Virus record (IMG/VR): IMGVR_UViG_3300005605_000014
Location: 1-29,009 of that record
DNA length: 29,009 nucleotides
Strand: one strand, 5' to 3'
DNA from: a virus
Lineage: Duplodnaviria; Caudoviricetes
Shown here: piece by piece, positions 17,577-25,901 of the stretch
Position numbering within the stretch: position 1 is the first letter of the stretch
Layout of the letters: every line of letters starts with the position of its first letter
Position numbers and translations under genes: made by a program
Notes under the pieces: generated by a model
What the model was told of the DNA's origin: nothing
Seen by the model: only the letters and a program-made list of their open reading frames with translations
Databases searched by the model: none

Positions 17577-17842
17577 AAATCGTCGGGTGGCACTATCACG
17601 TCATCGGATGTTACCACAGTATAGTGGTAACCTTTATCTTCACACACTTTTGATGCAATGTCAATGTCCACCTCAACAACTACCATTTCTGCCAGGTCTT
17701 GGTGGTCATCGTGTTGCTCTAGTTGCATGAGGTATCTGTCGGCATCATCTTCCTCTTCAAAGAAAAAGATGACCTGCTCACCCTCTTCTGATATTAGAGA
17801 ATAGACTCCATCAGGTTGGTCCTTGAGGGTGATGAGAAACAT
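17573..17842 (-). CDS. DUF3110-like acidic protein (89 aa)
   Basis: GVYSL...FFEEEDDADRY...LE...C...GY...IVPP pattern; coupled to gp47 and gp46. Confidence 0.7.
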   Translation of the reverse strand: MFLITLKDQPDGVYSLISEEGEQVIFFFEEEDDADRYLMQLEQHDDHQDLAEMVVVEVDIDIASKVCEDKGYHYTVVTSDDVIVPPDDL

Positions 17843-18888
17843 TATACTACCTCACAACTCTCAATATATAGAGACCGCATGAGAGATTTTAGTTTATCTT
17901 TGTTGACTGCTAGGTCAACTTCATCGATATATTCGTTGAGCAAAGTCAATGTATCTTTAACTTCTACATTGTCATCGTCTTCTAAGAATGTGTCATTTAC
18001 AAAAGTCTCAATAATTTTTACATCATGTGGTTTCTTACAATAAACATTCTCAACAAACTTTTCAAACTCTTGATAGTCTTTTTTATCTTCGACTATGACT
18101 TTAACAAATGAATGATTACACTTGTCAAGGTCAAACTCTAGATGTGACTCTGTAGTTTCGTTATAGAAAACCTTTTGAAAAATCTCGTAAGGATTCTTGA
18201 CTCTAGTAAGTTTAGTAGTGTCGGGGTCCCAAAGATGAAATCCTCTTTCATCCTTATAGTCATTCCAAAACATCTGATAAGGATTACCAAGATATTGAAT
18301 GTTACCTTTCTTGGACTTGTGGTGAAAGTGACCAGAAAATACTTGCTTAAACTTAGAAAGAATTTTAGAATCCATTCCATGCTCCATTCTCATGCCAGGA
18401 GTAACTTCAAATCCATTGAGCTCAAGATGTCCCATACAAATTTCAGCATCACTTTCCTCAATCACCTTGAATGTTTTTTCTCTGTTTTCAGAATTAATCC
18501 AAGGCAATATAAGAATCTTTCGTCCTTCTACTGTAACTTCACGAGCAGTAGAAATAACATTAATGTTATGAAAACTATCTAGAAGCAAATCGGGAGAATT
18601 TACCTCATTAGTATTTTTATAATATACACAATGATTACCAAGAATCATGTGGACTGTAATACCCATGTCCTCAAGACGCTGAAAGTAATACTGTCGTACA
18701 CGACTCCATACATTAAAGTCAATACTTTTTCTATTGTCAAATGTATCACCTAGGTCAATGATGTTTTTGATTCCTTTCTTTTCCAAGGTAGGAAAGAAAA
18801 CATCATCATAGAATTTTTTAAAGTATTCCCAAAAAGCAACACTACCTTTTCTTCCGTCTAGGTGTTGGTCAGTGATAAGAGCAATCAT
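17842..18888 (-). CDS. gp47: Recombination nuclease subunit (gp47, Mre11/SbcD-like)
   Basis: Phosphoesterase motifs TDQH, LGDTFD, GNH, GHLE, SGHFH. Confidence 0.96.
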   Translation of the reverse strand: MIALITDQHLDGRKGSVAFWEYFKKFYDDVFFPTLEKKGIKNIIDLGDTFDNRKSIDFNVWSRVRQYYFQRLEDMGITVHMILGNHCVYYKNTNEVNSPDLLLDSFHNINVISTAREVTVEGRKILILPWINSENREKTFKVIEESDAEICMGHLELNGFEVTPGMRMEHGMDSKILSKFKQVFSGHFHHKSKKGNIQYLGNPYQMFWNDYKDERGFHLWDPDTTKLTRVKNPYEIFQKVFYNETTESHLEFDLDKCNHSFVKVIVEDKKDYQEFEKFVENVYCKKPHDVKIIETFVNDTFLEDDDNVEVKDTLTLLNEYIDEVDLAVNKDKLKSLMRSLYIESCEVV

Positions 18889-19376
18889 CGTTTGTATCTA
18901 ATTTCAAGGGACTCTTTGATACTATTCAAGTCAGAGGAACTACTACTATAACCTGCCATGTCACCTGTATAACTATCTGTATGCAAAACTTCATCAAACC
19001 CAGACTTCTCTAGAATTTTTGCTTTAATTTCTAACTGTTTCTTTTCTTTAGAGATGCGGCGAAGAAAGGCAAAGTAAATAATTTGCGTGAAGTATGCAAA
19101 AGGATTAGTAGACTTTTCTGGATTAAAATTATGAATGTATTGTAAGCAGTTTTCAATACCATCGCAAATCATGTCTTCACGAAACATGTAATTTACAAAG
19201 TTTGGTTTATATGATAAGTGTGTTGCAATCTTAAGAAAACACTCTCCAACATAAGGTGGTACACGAGGTTTCGGTTGCTCGTTTGCTTCTGCTTCAGCAA
19301 CTTCCTTGCGGTAAACCATTAGAGCGTCTAAGAAGTCTCTGTTGTTTACATAGTTTTCTGTCTTTCTTCTTGCCAT
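18885..19376 (-). CDS. gp55: Late transcription sigma factor (gp55)
   Basis: YVNNRDFL, FLKIATHLSYKPNFVNYMFREDMICDGIENC, NPFAYFTQI. Start adjusted to MARRK at 19376. Confidence 0.96.
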   Translation of the reverse strand: MARRKTENYVNNRDFLDALMVYRKEVAEAEANEQPKPRVPPYVGECFLKIATHLSYKPNFVNYMFREDMICDGIENCLQYIHNFNPEKSTNPFAYFTQIIYFAFLRRISKEKKQLEIKAKILEKSGFDEVLHTDSYTGDMAGYSSSSSDLNSIKESLEIRYKR

Positions 19377-19399
19377 TATATTGCATTTGCCTTGTTTGT

Positions 19400-19428
19400 A
19401 TTGTAACACCTTATTCAAGAAAATGCAA
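19400..19428 (-). promoter_or_regulatory. Sigma70-type promoter for the gp55 operon
   Basis: TTGCAT (19428-19423)-N17-TACAAT (19405-19400), with extended TG. Confidence 0.7.
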
Positions 19429-19433
19429 GGGAC

Positions 19434-19462
19434 TTGACAAGACCTTCAAATCTCTGTATAAT
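19434..19462 (+). promoter_or_regulatory. Perfect-consensus sigma70 promoter, antisense orientation
   Basis: TTGACA (19434-19439)-N17-TATAAT (19457-19462); no credible plus-strand gene downstream. Confidence 0.8.
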
Positions 19463-19487
19463 TAGCGATGTAGCGTTTCAAAGATTA

Positions 19488-19883
19488 TTAGCTTCTATTA
19501 TATAGATCTTCTAAGTACTTACGTGATTCTTTTACTGTAGACATATATCCTTTTTGTTGTTTAATATCTACTCTAGTAGATTCTGCAACATCTCCATTTT
19601 CTTTTTGTAAAAAACGTTTATAAAACTTTTGTATTTTTGTATCTAATTCTGTAATTGTAAGGATGTGGTCTTTTTTAATAATAAACGTTTCATCATAAGT
19701 TGCTGCCATCCATGCATTAAAAGTAAATCCTTTCAAATTTGATTTACCTCTCTTCATTTCAATCACATGTACCGTGCGGGGATTTTCAATAATCAGTACA
19801 TCTTCATCGTTGTCGTAAGAAACCTTTGCAACGATTTCTTCGCCAGACATTAATTTTATCGATGCATAGAATTCTTCTTCCAT
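19488..19883 (-). CDS. Sm-like-fold hypothetical protein (131 aa)
   Basis: SIKLMSGEEIVAKV...LIIENP...FNAWM...FIIKKDHILTITE; canonical slot between uvsW and gp55. Confidence 0.75.
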   Translation of the reverse strand: MEEEFYASIKLMSGEEIVAKVSYDNDEDVLIIENPRTVHVIEMKRGKSNLKGFTFNAWMAATYDETFIIKKDHILTITELDTKIQKFYKRFLQKENGDVAESTRVDIKQQKGYMSTVKESRKYLEDLYNRS

Positions 19884-19884
19884 A

Positions 19885-21342
19885 TTATACTTTAATTTTA
19901 ATTACTTCATAATTAAAGTTTTCTTCTTGGTAGATATTAATTCTTTCCTCAAGATGTTTTAGTGTGTAATTTTTATATGGTTTTTCGGAAATGTCATCTG
20001 CAATGTCATACAACGTTGCCAAACTTTTTCCTTCACCCTTTCGCAGCACTCTACCAATTGACTGCAAGTTTCTTACTCTTGATTTGGACGGTGATGCAAA
20101 AACGACGTTGTGTAATTTTTTAATGTTGATACCTGTGCTGAATGTGCCATAGGAAGCAATGATTACAGCATCTTTTTCACGCTCAGTAATACGTCTGATC
20201 TCCTCACGCTCTTCAGTATCTACTCCACCATAAACGAAGAAAACCTTTCTGGTTTTACCTATGTTACTATTTATGCTTTCATATAAAGGCATACCATGTC
20301 TTTCAACGTAGTTGAATAATACTAGAGTGTTACCATTCAAGTCTGTGACTAGGTTTTTAATTAGATTATTTCTTTTCTTATGCTCCACAAGATAATCAAT
20401 TTCATCTTGGTAGGTAAAGAATGTCTGAGGTTCGTGCTCCAACAATAAAATTTTAATTCTAAACTCTGCCAAGTGACCTTCTTTAATAAGTCTGTCAGTC
20501 TTAGTAACTTGAGCACAAGGACCAAACAATCCTTCTAGCACCCACTTATGTGTAGCAGACCCATCAAGTGTGCCTGTAAAACCAAAGCGATACTTTGCCT
20601 GATGTAATTTTGTCATGATACCAGTCAGTGACTTAGACTTAAACTGGTGCGCCTCATCGCCAATGACACATTCAAAGTCATCAAAGTATTTTTTAGGAAA
20701 CTTGTATATAGATTGCCAAGTTGAGATGACTACATTTTTATCAGTATTCTTATCCTTGCCACCATATACTTTGTGACAATACTCTTCTACATCCCATCCA
20801 TAGTCAGCAAAGTCAGAATACATCTGCTCCACCAAAGATGTTGTGGGGACAATAATAAGAATACGTTTCTGTAGACCAGTATAATAACGCACCAAAGAAT
20901 AAATCATCAGAGACTTTCCAGATGCTGTAGGAGACAGCAAAAGTTTACGGTGATTTTTTAATGCCTCGTAAACTGCCATGTATTGATAGTCTCTTGGTTT
21001 GTGCTTAACACAAATTTTATTCATAAAATATTTCACACCCTCAAGAGAGACGAGTGGGTCTTTATCATCAACGTGACCGTAATAATCATTGCTTTCAAAA
21101 GACAAATCATAATTTTTAAACGATGCCCATTCTCTAAGATGGTCTGCTAAACCGCAATACAATTCACCCGTGCCAGGAGAATACAAACGAATTTTACCAT
21201 CCCACATTTTGTTGCGATAGAGTGGCATAAATTTTGCATTAGGCACATCGAAGCTAAAGTAGTCAGATAACTCCATGTGGATACCAGGATCCGCATTGAT
21301 AGTCATAAAGACTTCATTTTTTTTCTTAATTAAAATAGACAT
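19885..21342 (-). CDS. uvsW: SF2 RNA-DNA/DNA helicase UvsW
   Basis: PRDYQ, SPTASGKS, GDEAH, GFTGT, SYGTFSTGINI, QSIGRVLR. Confidence 0.96.
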   Translation of the reverse strand: MSILIKKKNEVFMTINADPGIHMELSDYFSFDVPNAKFMPLYRNKMWDGKIRLYSPGTGELYCGLADHLREWASFKNYDLSFESNDYYGHVDDKDPLVSLEGVKYFMNKICVKHKPRDYQYMAVYEALKNHRKLLLSPTASGKSLMIYSLVRYYTGLQKRILIIVPTTSLVEQMYSDFADYGWDVEEYCHKVYGGKDKNTDKNVVISTWQSIYKFPKKYFDDFECVIGDEAHQFKSKSLTGIMTKLHQAKYRFGFTGTLDGSATHKWVLEGLFGPCAQVTKTDRLIKEGHLAEFRIKILLLEHEPQTFFTYQDEIDYLVEHKKRNNLIKNLVTDLNGNTLVLFNYVERHGMPLYESINSNIGKTRKVFFVYGGVDTEEREEIRRITEREKDAVIIASYGTFSTGINIKKLHNVVFASPSKSRVRNLQSIGRVLRKGEGKSLATLYDIADDISEKPYKNYTLKHLEERINIYQEENFNYEVIKIKV

Positions 21343-21343
21343 T

Positions 21344-21817
21344 TCAGTTTCCGTTAATAAATTTCTCCCACTCGATAGCGTTTTTAATTTGGAAACTTCT
21401 ATTTGATACCATTTTTAAGATATGGTCTAAGTAGAAAAGTGCCTTACTAATAAACTCTATCTTCATCTCAATGTTAATTAAATCTTCATCTGATTCTAGA
21501 TAGACTTTCATCTTCTCAGATGTTTTGATTGATTGCCCAAAAGGTTTTTCTTTATAGACTGCAGGGTCTGCTTCTCCTTGGTAATACTCTCTTTTTTCTC
21601 TAACTTTAATTCTGTATTGAAACTCCAACGCACTCTTTTCTGTTGAGAAATCGTTGTAGTAGTTTAAGTATTTATTATGTTGATAAGGAATGTTAAGCGA
21701 AAGCTGCGCTAGGTCTTCTGTGTATTGTTTGTTTTTAAATTGGAAGTCAACTTGTGAGTCTTCTTGCCATTGTGCTTTTACATTATCAAAGAGGGTTTTC
21801 AATTCAGCAAATTTCAT
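21344..21817 (-). CDS. uvsY: Recombination mediator UvsY
   Basis: SLNIPYQHNKYL, REYYQGEA, YLESDEDL, NRSFQIKNAIEW; canonical position. Confidence 0.88.
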   Translation of the reverse strand: MKFAELKTLFDNVKAQWQEDSQVDFQFKNKQYTEDLAQLSLNIPYQHNKYLNYYNDFSTEKSALEFQYRIKVREKREYYQGEADPAVYKEKPFGQSIKTSEKMKVYLESDEDLINIEMKIEFISKALFYLDHILKMVSNRSFQIKNAIEWEKFINGN

Positions 21818-22329
21818 AGTTTAGTATTTAAGGTGTTTCGTAATTCAAAACTGGTGTATTTAAAAACCGCTTGTGCAGTAAAGTATTCTTGGTCTTGGTC
21901 TCCGACATCAAATTGGACATCCGATAGTGATACAGGAAATACATTGTCGAAGTTACAGTATGCAGCAACATTATAATTACTAGTTGTAATTTCTAATCTA
22001 GCATTGGAATATTGTGCTTCTTCATTACTATGCTCTTCATAAAGACCATTTTTTCTAATCCAGTTATAAACGCTGGCATAGTTTGCTAGGTCTTCATCAA
22101 TAATAAAAGTAACATTTAAATCACCTGTCTCAATACCACCAGCAGCTGCAATAGGGAAAGACCTAAATCTGGTCGGGACTTCTGTGAATGGTAATGTGAG
22201 GTCAGGGATGTTGGCACGTTGACAGAAAAATTCTATGCCAGGAAATATCTCCAAGTCTAATCGAAATCCGACTGGAGCGAGAAAGTTTCTATTCTTAGGT
22301 TGCTCTGAATACCACTTACTCTGTGCCAT
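21814..22329 (-). CDS. gp3: Tail tube terminator / sheath stabilizer (gp3)
   Basis: NRNFLAPVGF, EFFCQRANIP, FIIDEDLANY, FPVSLS...F.YT.F. Confidence 0.88.
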   Translation of the reverse strand: MAQSKWYSEQPKNRNFLAPVGFRLDLEIFPGIEFFCQRANIPDLTLPFTEVPTRFRSFPIAAAGGIETGDLNVTFIIDEDLANYASVYNWIRKNGLYEEHSNEEAQYSNARLEITTSNYNVAAYCNFDNVFPVSLSDVQFDVGDQDQEYFTAQAVFKYTSFELRNTLNTKL

Positions 22330-22342
22330 TTTGTTTTATTTT

Positions 22343-22349
22343 TATTTAG
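22343..22349 (-). promoter_or_regulatory. T4-type late promoter for gp3-uvsY-uvsW
   Basis: CTAAATA immediately downstream of the gp23 terminator. Confidence 0.65.
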
Positions 22350-22354
22350 GTCAT

Positions 22355-22382
22355 AAAAAAAGACCCCCATTTCGGGAGGTCT
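22355..22382 (-). terminator. Intrinsic terminator after gp23
   Basis: AGACCTCCC-GAAAT-GGGGGTCT followed by a T run. Confidence 0.85.
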
Positions 22383-22406
22383 GATGGGGAAAACCAACAA
22401 CTGATA

Positions 22407-23798
22407 TCAGTTGATGTTTTTGATTTGTACTCTTCTGTAGTACTGGTTGGTGTTGGCATTCATTGCCTCGCCAGCAGGTGCGGAACCGTAGTTGCCGTCT
22501 GTAGTTACGAATGGGTTTGCGACCATGCCGTAGCGGGTCTTGAAGCCAATCTTGGGCTGGAAGGTGTCCTGACCAATGGAGCGGACCATCTGGAGGGGGA
22601 CATATGGGCAATAGAAGAGACCTGCGTCATAAGGCGAGGTGCCCTTGTAACCCATGGTGTAGTAGTGCTTGGAAGCAGTGCTCTGGGTGTAAGAAGGACC
22701 ACCGAATGGATCGATGAAGACCTTAACACGACCGTTGAGGGTGCCAGCAAATACGTTACCAGTGTCATCAACACTCATTGAAGTGCTGAGAGCAGGAGCG
22801 TAGTCAAGAGCGCCAGTGAGGTTAAGAGCAGAAGCAACGTCTGCAGAGCAGATGATGAAGTTGCCTTTACCACGACGGGTTTCCTGAGCGATTGCGTTTG
22901 CATCGCGGTCAATCTGGAATAGAAGACCCTTGAATTTTTCTGCCATCCAACGACCGTTGGAGTCAACATCAAGGTCAAATGTGCCAGGGGTTGCAACGTT
23001 GTGCTGAGCACCAGGCTTAGCAACGACGTATACTGTGCGAAGAATTTCGCGGTTGATTTCAGCAAGAATCTCAGAGGAGAGAATGTTTGCTAGCTCTTGC
23101 TCAGCGTCAAGACCATGAATGGCCTTAAGGTCTTGTGCAAGCTCTAGGGTGTATTCTGCCTTGAGTGCTCTAGACTTAGCAGTCACCGAGGTCTTCTCGA
23201 TGCTGAATGCCATCTCGCGGAACAGTTTACCTGCTTCGCCCAACTCTTCAGACTCAGCGCGAGAAAGCTTGCTACCTAGTTCGTATTTGCCAGCAGGGGA
23301 ATCATTAAGGACTGCAGGGTTGTTACCCTCCATGTCTCCTTGTCCACCATCGCGACCACGGACATCATAAGCACCCTTAGTAGCATCAAAGCCACCAGAG
23401 AAACCTGCATCAGGCTCGTTGTATAGTGCTTCTTCGCCGCCTTGATTCTCGTACTTCGCCTTCATTGCAAAGATGAGACCTGTAGGACCAGACATAGGCT
23501 GGACACCACAGATGTCATATGCAACCAAGTTAGGCATTGCACGACGGATTAGACTGATGAGCACAGGGTCGAAACCAGCGATAGCGCCAGTCGATGCAGC
23601 TCCACCAGTCATGTTGGATGCGCCAGCGAAGTTTACAGCAACTTCGTTAAGGACGCCGCGCTCTTCGCGCATGAATTTTTCTTGATTCTCAAGGATAACA
23701 GCGGTAACAGCCTTTCTATGTGAATCGGAAATCTCAGAGAGACCCGAATGGTTAAGAACAGGTGCCCACTTTTCCTGGAGATTTTGAGCGTTAAACAT
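22407..23798 (-). CDS. gp23: Major capsid protein (gp23)
   Basis: LQEKWAPVL, FDPVLISLIRR, CGVQPMSGPTGLIFAM, KSRALKAEYTLELAQDLKAIHGLDAE, FQPKIGFKTRYG. Confidence 0.98.
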   Translation of the reverse strand: MFNAQNLQEKWAPVLNHSGLSEISDSHRKAVTAVILENQEKFMREERGVLNEVAVNFAGASNMTGGAASTGAIAGFDPVLISLIRRAMPNLVAYDICGVQPMSGPTGLIFAMKAKYENQGGEEALYNEPDAGFSGGFDATKGAYDVRGRDGGQGDMEGNNPAVLNDSPAGKYELGSKLSRAESEELGEAGKLFREMAFSIEKTSVTAKSRALKAEYTLELAQDLKAIHGLDAEQELANILSSEILAEINREILRTVYVVAKPGAQHNVATPGTFDLDVDSNGRWMAEKFKGLLFQIDRDANAIAQETRRGKGNFIICSADVASALNLTGALDYAPALSTSMSVDDTGNVFAGTLNGRVKVFIDPFGGPSYTQSTASKHYYTMGYKGTSPYDAGLFYCPYVPLQMVRSIGQDTFQPKIGFKTRYGMVANPFVTTDGNYGSAPAGEAMNANTNQYYRRVQIKNIN

Positions 23799-23841
23799 TT
23801 TTAACTCCGAATGTTTTTTTAGGAAAATGGGTTGACGTAAT

Positions 23842-23848
23842 TATTTAG
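23842..23848 (-). promoter_or_regulatory. Late promoter for gp23
   Basis: CTAAATA about 45 nt upstream of the gp23 start. Confidence 0.7.
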
Positions 23849-23851
23849 ACT

Positions 23852-24988
23852 TCACTTCCAGCGAGCAATTGCATCCATGTATGACTGCATGTGAGCCGAT
23901 ACATCAGTGCCTTCACCTTCTACTGGAGTTTCATCGGTAACTTCTGCTTTAGGAGCGACTTGCTGAGGGAAGTATGACTCACGAAGAGTCTTGAGTTGAG
24001 TTCTGAAAGAATCTTCAGATACAAACTCTACTCCTTCTGCAAGAGAAGCTAGTTTTTCTTTCTGGGTATCAGCAAGACCTTCGCTCATCTCTTTCGTGAT
24101 GATTGTCTTGGAGTGTCCAGAAAGGCGATTATTTAATTCAATGTTGCGCTCAACCTGTTCGTTAAGGCGCTGTTCCATCTCACAAAGCTCTTGATTAATA
24201 CCTTCGACAACATCAACTTTGTCTGCAGGAATATCAAGATAGTTTTCTTCAAAGACTGTTTTAAGACCAGACATGAAGTTTTCAGCGATTTCAAGTTTAA
24301 GACCTGAATCGATGGCAACTACATTTTCTTCCAACCAATTTTGAATGGCATAGTTAAGTGTCTCGTCTACTTTCTCGGAAAGAGAAACTTTAATTGCTTC
24401 TACTTCTTCTGAAAGTTTGGTAGTATACTGCTCTTGAATAGAAGATACTTGCTCATTGATTTTTGCTTTTACAGCAGCTTCAAAGATTGTTTTTGCTTTA
24501 TCTTTGAATGTCTCTGAGATTACTTCTCCTTCTACTAGAGCTTCGATATCCTCTTCAGAGGAATAATCGATTTCTTCCATACCAATTACTTTGGTGTCGT
24601 TAGGACCACCAGGAATTTGGTAACCTGAAGATTTAACTGATGGCGCGGGATCTTGGTGCTTGTCACGAGTAACGTGACCATCATCTACTTTCTTATTATG
24701 CTTAGCAGCTTTTGCACCAGGATCGTCTTCACCTTGAGGTTTCTCGTAGGTGGGCCCACCGTTATTTTCTACAGACTGACCAGGGACCACAGAAGGTGAA
24801 ACTGTTGGCATAGGATCTCTGCCAGCAGCCTTAGCGTTTACTGCAGTGTTTGTCTGGGTGCTTGATGGTTGCATAAAACCACTAGACATTGCGTTACCAG
24901 GTACTACACTAGCACCAACACCAGGCATAGGGTCTTGACCTGACTCTGCAATAAATTCCTCAAATTTTTCGTTTAACATATCTGACAT
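23852..24988 (-). CDS. gp22: Prohead core scaffold protein (gp22)
   Basis: FKDKAKTIFEAAV, WLEENVVAI, EKLASLAEGVEF, LRESYF; lies between gp21 and gp23. Confidence 0.93.
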   Translation of the reverse strand: MSDMLNEKFEEFIAESGQDPMPGVGASVVPGNAMSSGFMQPSSTQTNTAVNAKAAGRDPMPTVSPSVVPGQSVENNGGPTYEKPQGEDDPGAKAAKHNKKVDDGHVTRDKHQDPAPSVKSSGYQIPGGPNDTKVIGMEEIDYSSEEDIEALVEGEVISETFKDKAKTIFEAAVKAKINEQVSSIQEQYTTKLSEEVEAIKVSLSEKVDETLNYAIQNWLEENVVAIDSGLKLEIAENFMSGLKTVFEENYLDIPADKVDVVEGINQELCEMEQRLNEQVERNIELNNRLSGHSKTIITKEMSEGLADTQKEKLASLAEGVEFVSEDSFRTQLKTLRESYFPQQVAPKAEVTDETPVEGEGTDVSAHMQSYMDAIARWK

Positions 24989-25028
24989 TTTGGTTTTCCC
25001 TGTACAGTTATAACATTTATTCTACAGT

Positions 25029-25036
25029 TATTTATT
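25029..25036 (-). promoter_or_regulatory. Late promoter for gp22
   Basis: AATAAATA just after the gp21 stop. Confidence 0.65.
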
Positions 25037-25040
25037 AAAA

Positions 25041-25685
25041 TTATAAATTAAGCATGAAGTCCTCAAAGACTTTGAGGGACCTCTCTTCAATATTTTTCCG
25101 CGTTGCTTCGGAAATATACTTTTTGTATTTATCAACTTTTGATTCTTTTAAGATACCATTATCCCAGACCCACTCTTTACCTTCCATGATTCCATTTACA
25201 AAGGCATCGGGTGCGGATGGGTCGGCAACAATATCAGCAGCAGTTGCTAGCATAAAATCTTCGCGGACATAACTTGCTCCATTTCTTTCATCGATGGACC
25301 CCATGCCTCTAGAAGAAACACCAAGTTTAACGCCAGACTCTAAAAGGTTTTTAGCAATATTACCCATAGGTGTTGATAGGATTTGAGCTTTACCTCTAAA
25401 GTTGCTACCCTCGGATTTGAGAGAAACGATTTTGTGGGAAACGCGGTCGAGATTGACAGTAGGACCATCGGGATGACCCAACTCACCGAGAGCACGACCA
25501 GTGACGACATAACTCTCATTGTAACGACCAACCTCTTTCTCTAGTACGGAAAAAGGATAGATTCTACCGTTGCGATTTTTAACGTCGCCCTGAAGGAATA
25601 CACCCTCAATGTAGAGATTCTTCCTTCCGTTAGATTCTTCTACTAGGACTTCAACGTCCTCAATACTCTCGGTGATTAATTTCAT
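25041..25685 (-). CDS. gp21: Prohead maturation protease (gp21)
   Basis: KNRNGRIYP, ALGELGHP, GVSSRGMGS, DIVADPSAPDAFV. Confidence 0.97.
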   Translation of the reverse strand: MKLITESIEDVEVLVEESNGRKNLYIEGVFLQGDVKNRNGRIYPFSVLEKEVGRYNESYVVTGRALGELGHPDGPTVNLDRVSHKIVSLKSEGSNFRGKAQILSTPMGNIAKNLLESGVKLGVSSRGMGSIDERNGASYVREDFMLATAADIVADPSAPDAFVNGIMEGKEWVWDNGILKESKVDKYKKYISEATRKNIEERSLKVFEDFMLNL

Positions 25686-25879
25686 TCTTCTGTAACCTCG
25701 GGTGTTTCTACAGTAGTCTCTTCTTCTTCTTCCGCAGCTGCGAAATAAGATTGTGCTAGGACTTCTTTATATCCTTTCATCGCATCTGATGCTTTCGCAT
25801 ATAGATGGTCATTAATTTTGTCCATCGCATCGATTTTATTGCCAGCAGCAAGTGCATTAATAATGTCAATAGTATCCAT
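25682..25879 (-). CDS. Small acidic prohead core protein (gp67-like position)
   Basis: 65 aa, helical with an acidic tail, between gp20 and gp21; preceded by GATAAATA at 25903-25910. Confidence 0.65.
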   Translation of the reverse strand: MDTIDIINALAAGNKIDAMDKINDHLYAKASDAMKGYKEVLAQSYFAAAEEEEETTVETPEVTEE

Positions 25880-25901
25880 TTAATTTAAACGTATGTGATA
25901 A

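Noticed and set aside
22351-23685. Several short alternative-frame ORFs within gp23 and other core genes
   Set aside because: Expected by-products of biased codon usage in highly expressed genes; no independent signals.
25003-25031. Direct repeat TACAGTTAT in the gp21-gp22 spacer
   Set aside because: A 9-bp AT-rich pair, with one copy overlapping the late promoter; insufficient support for an operator.
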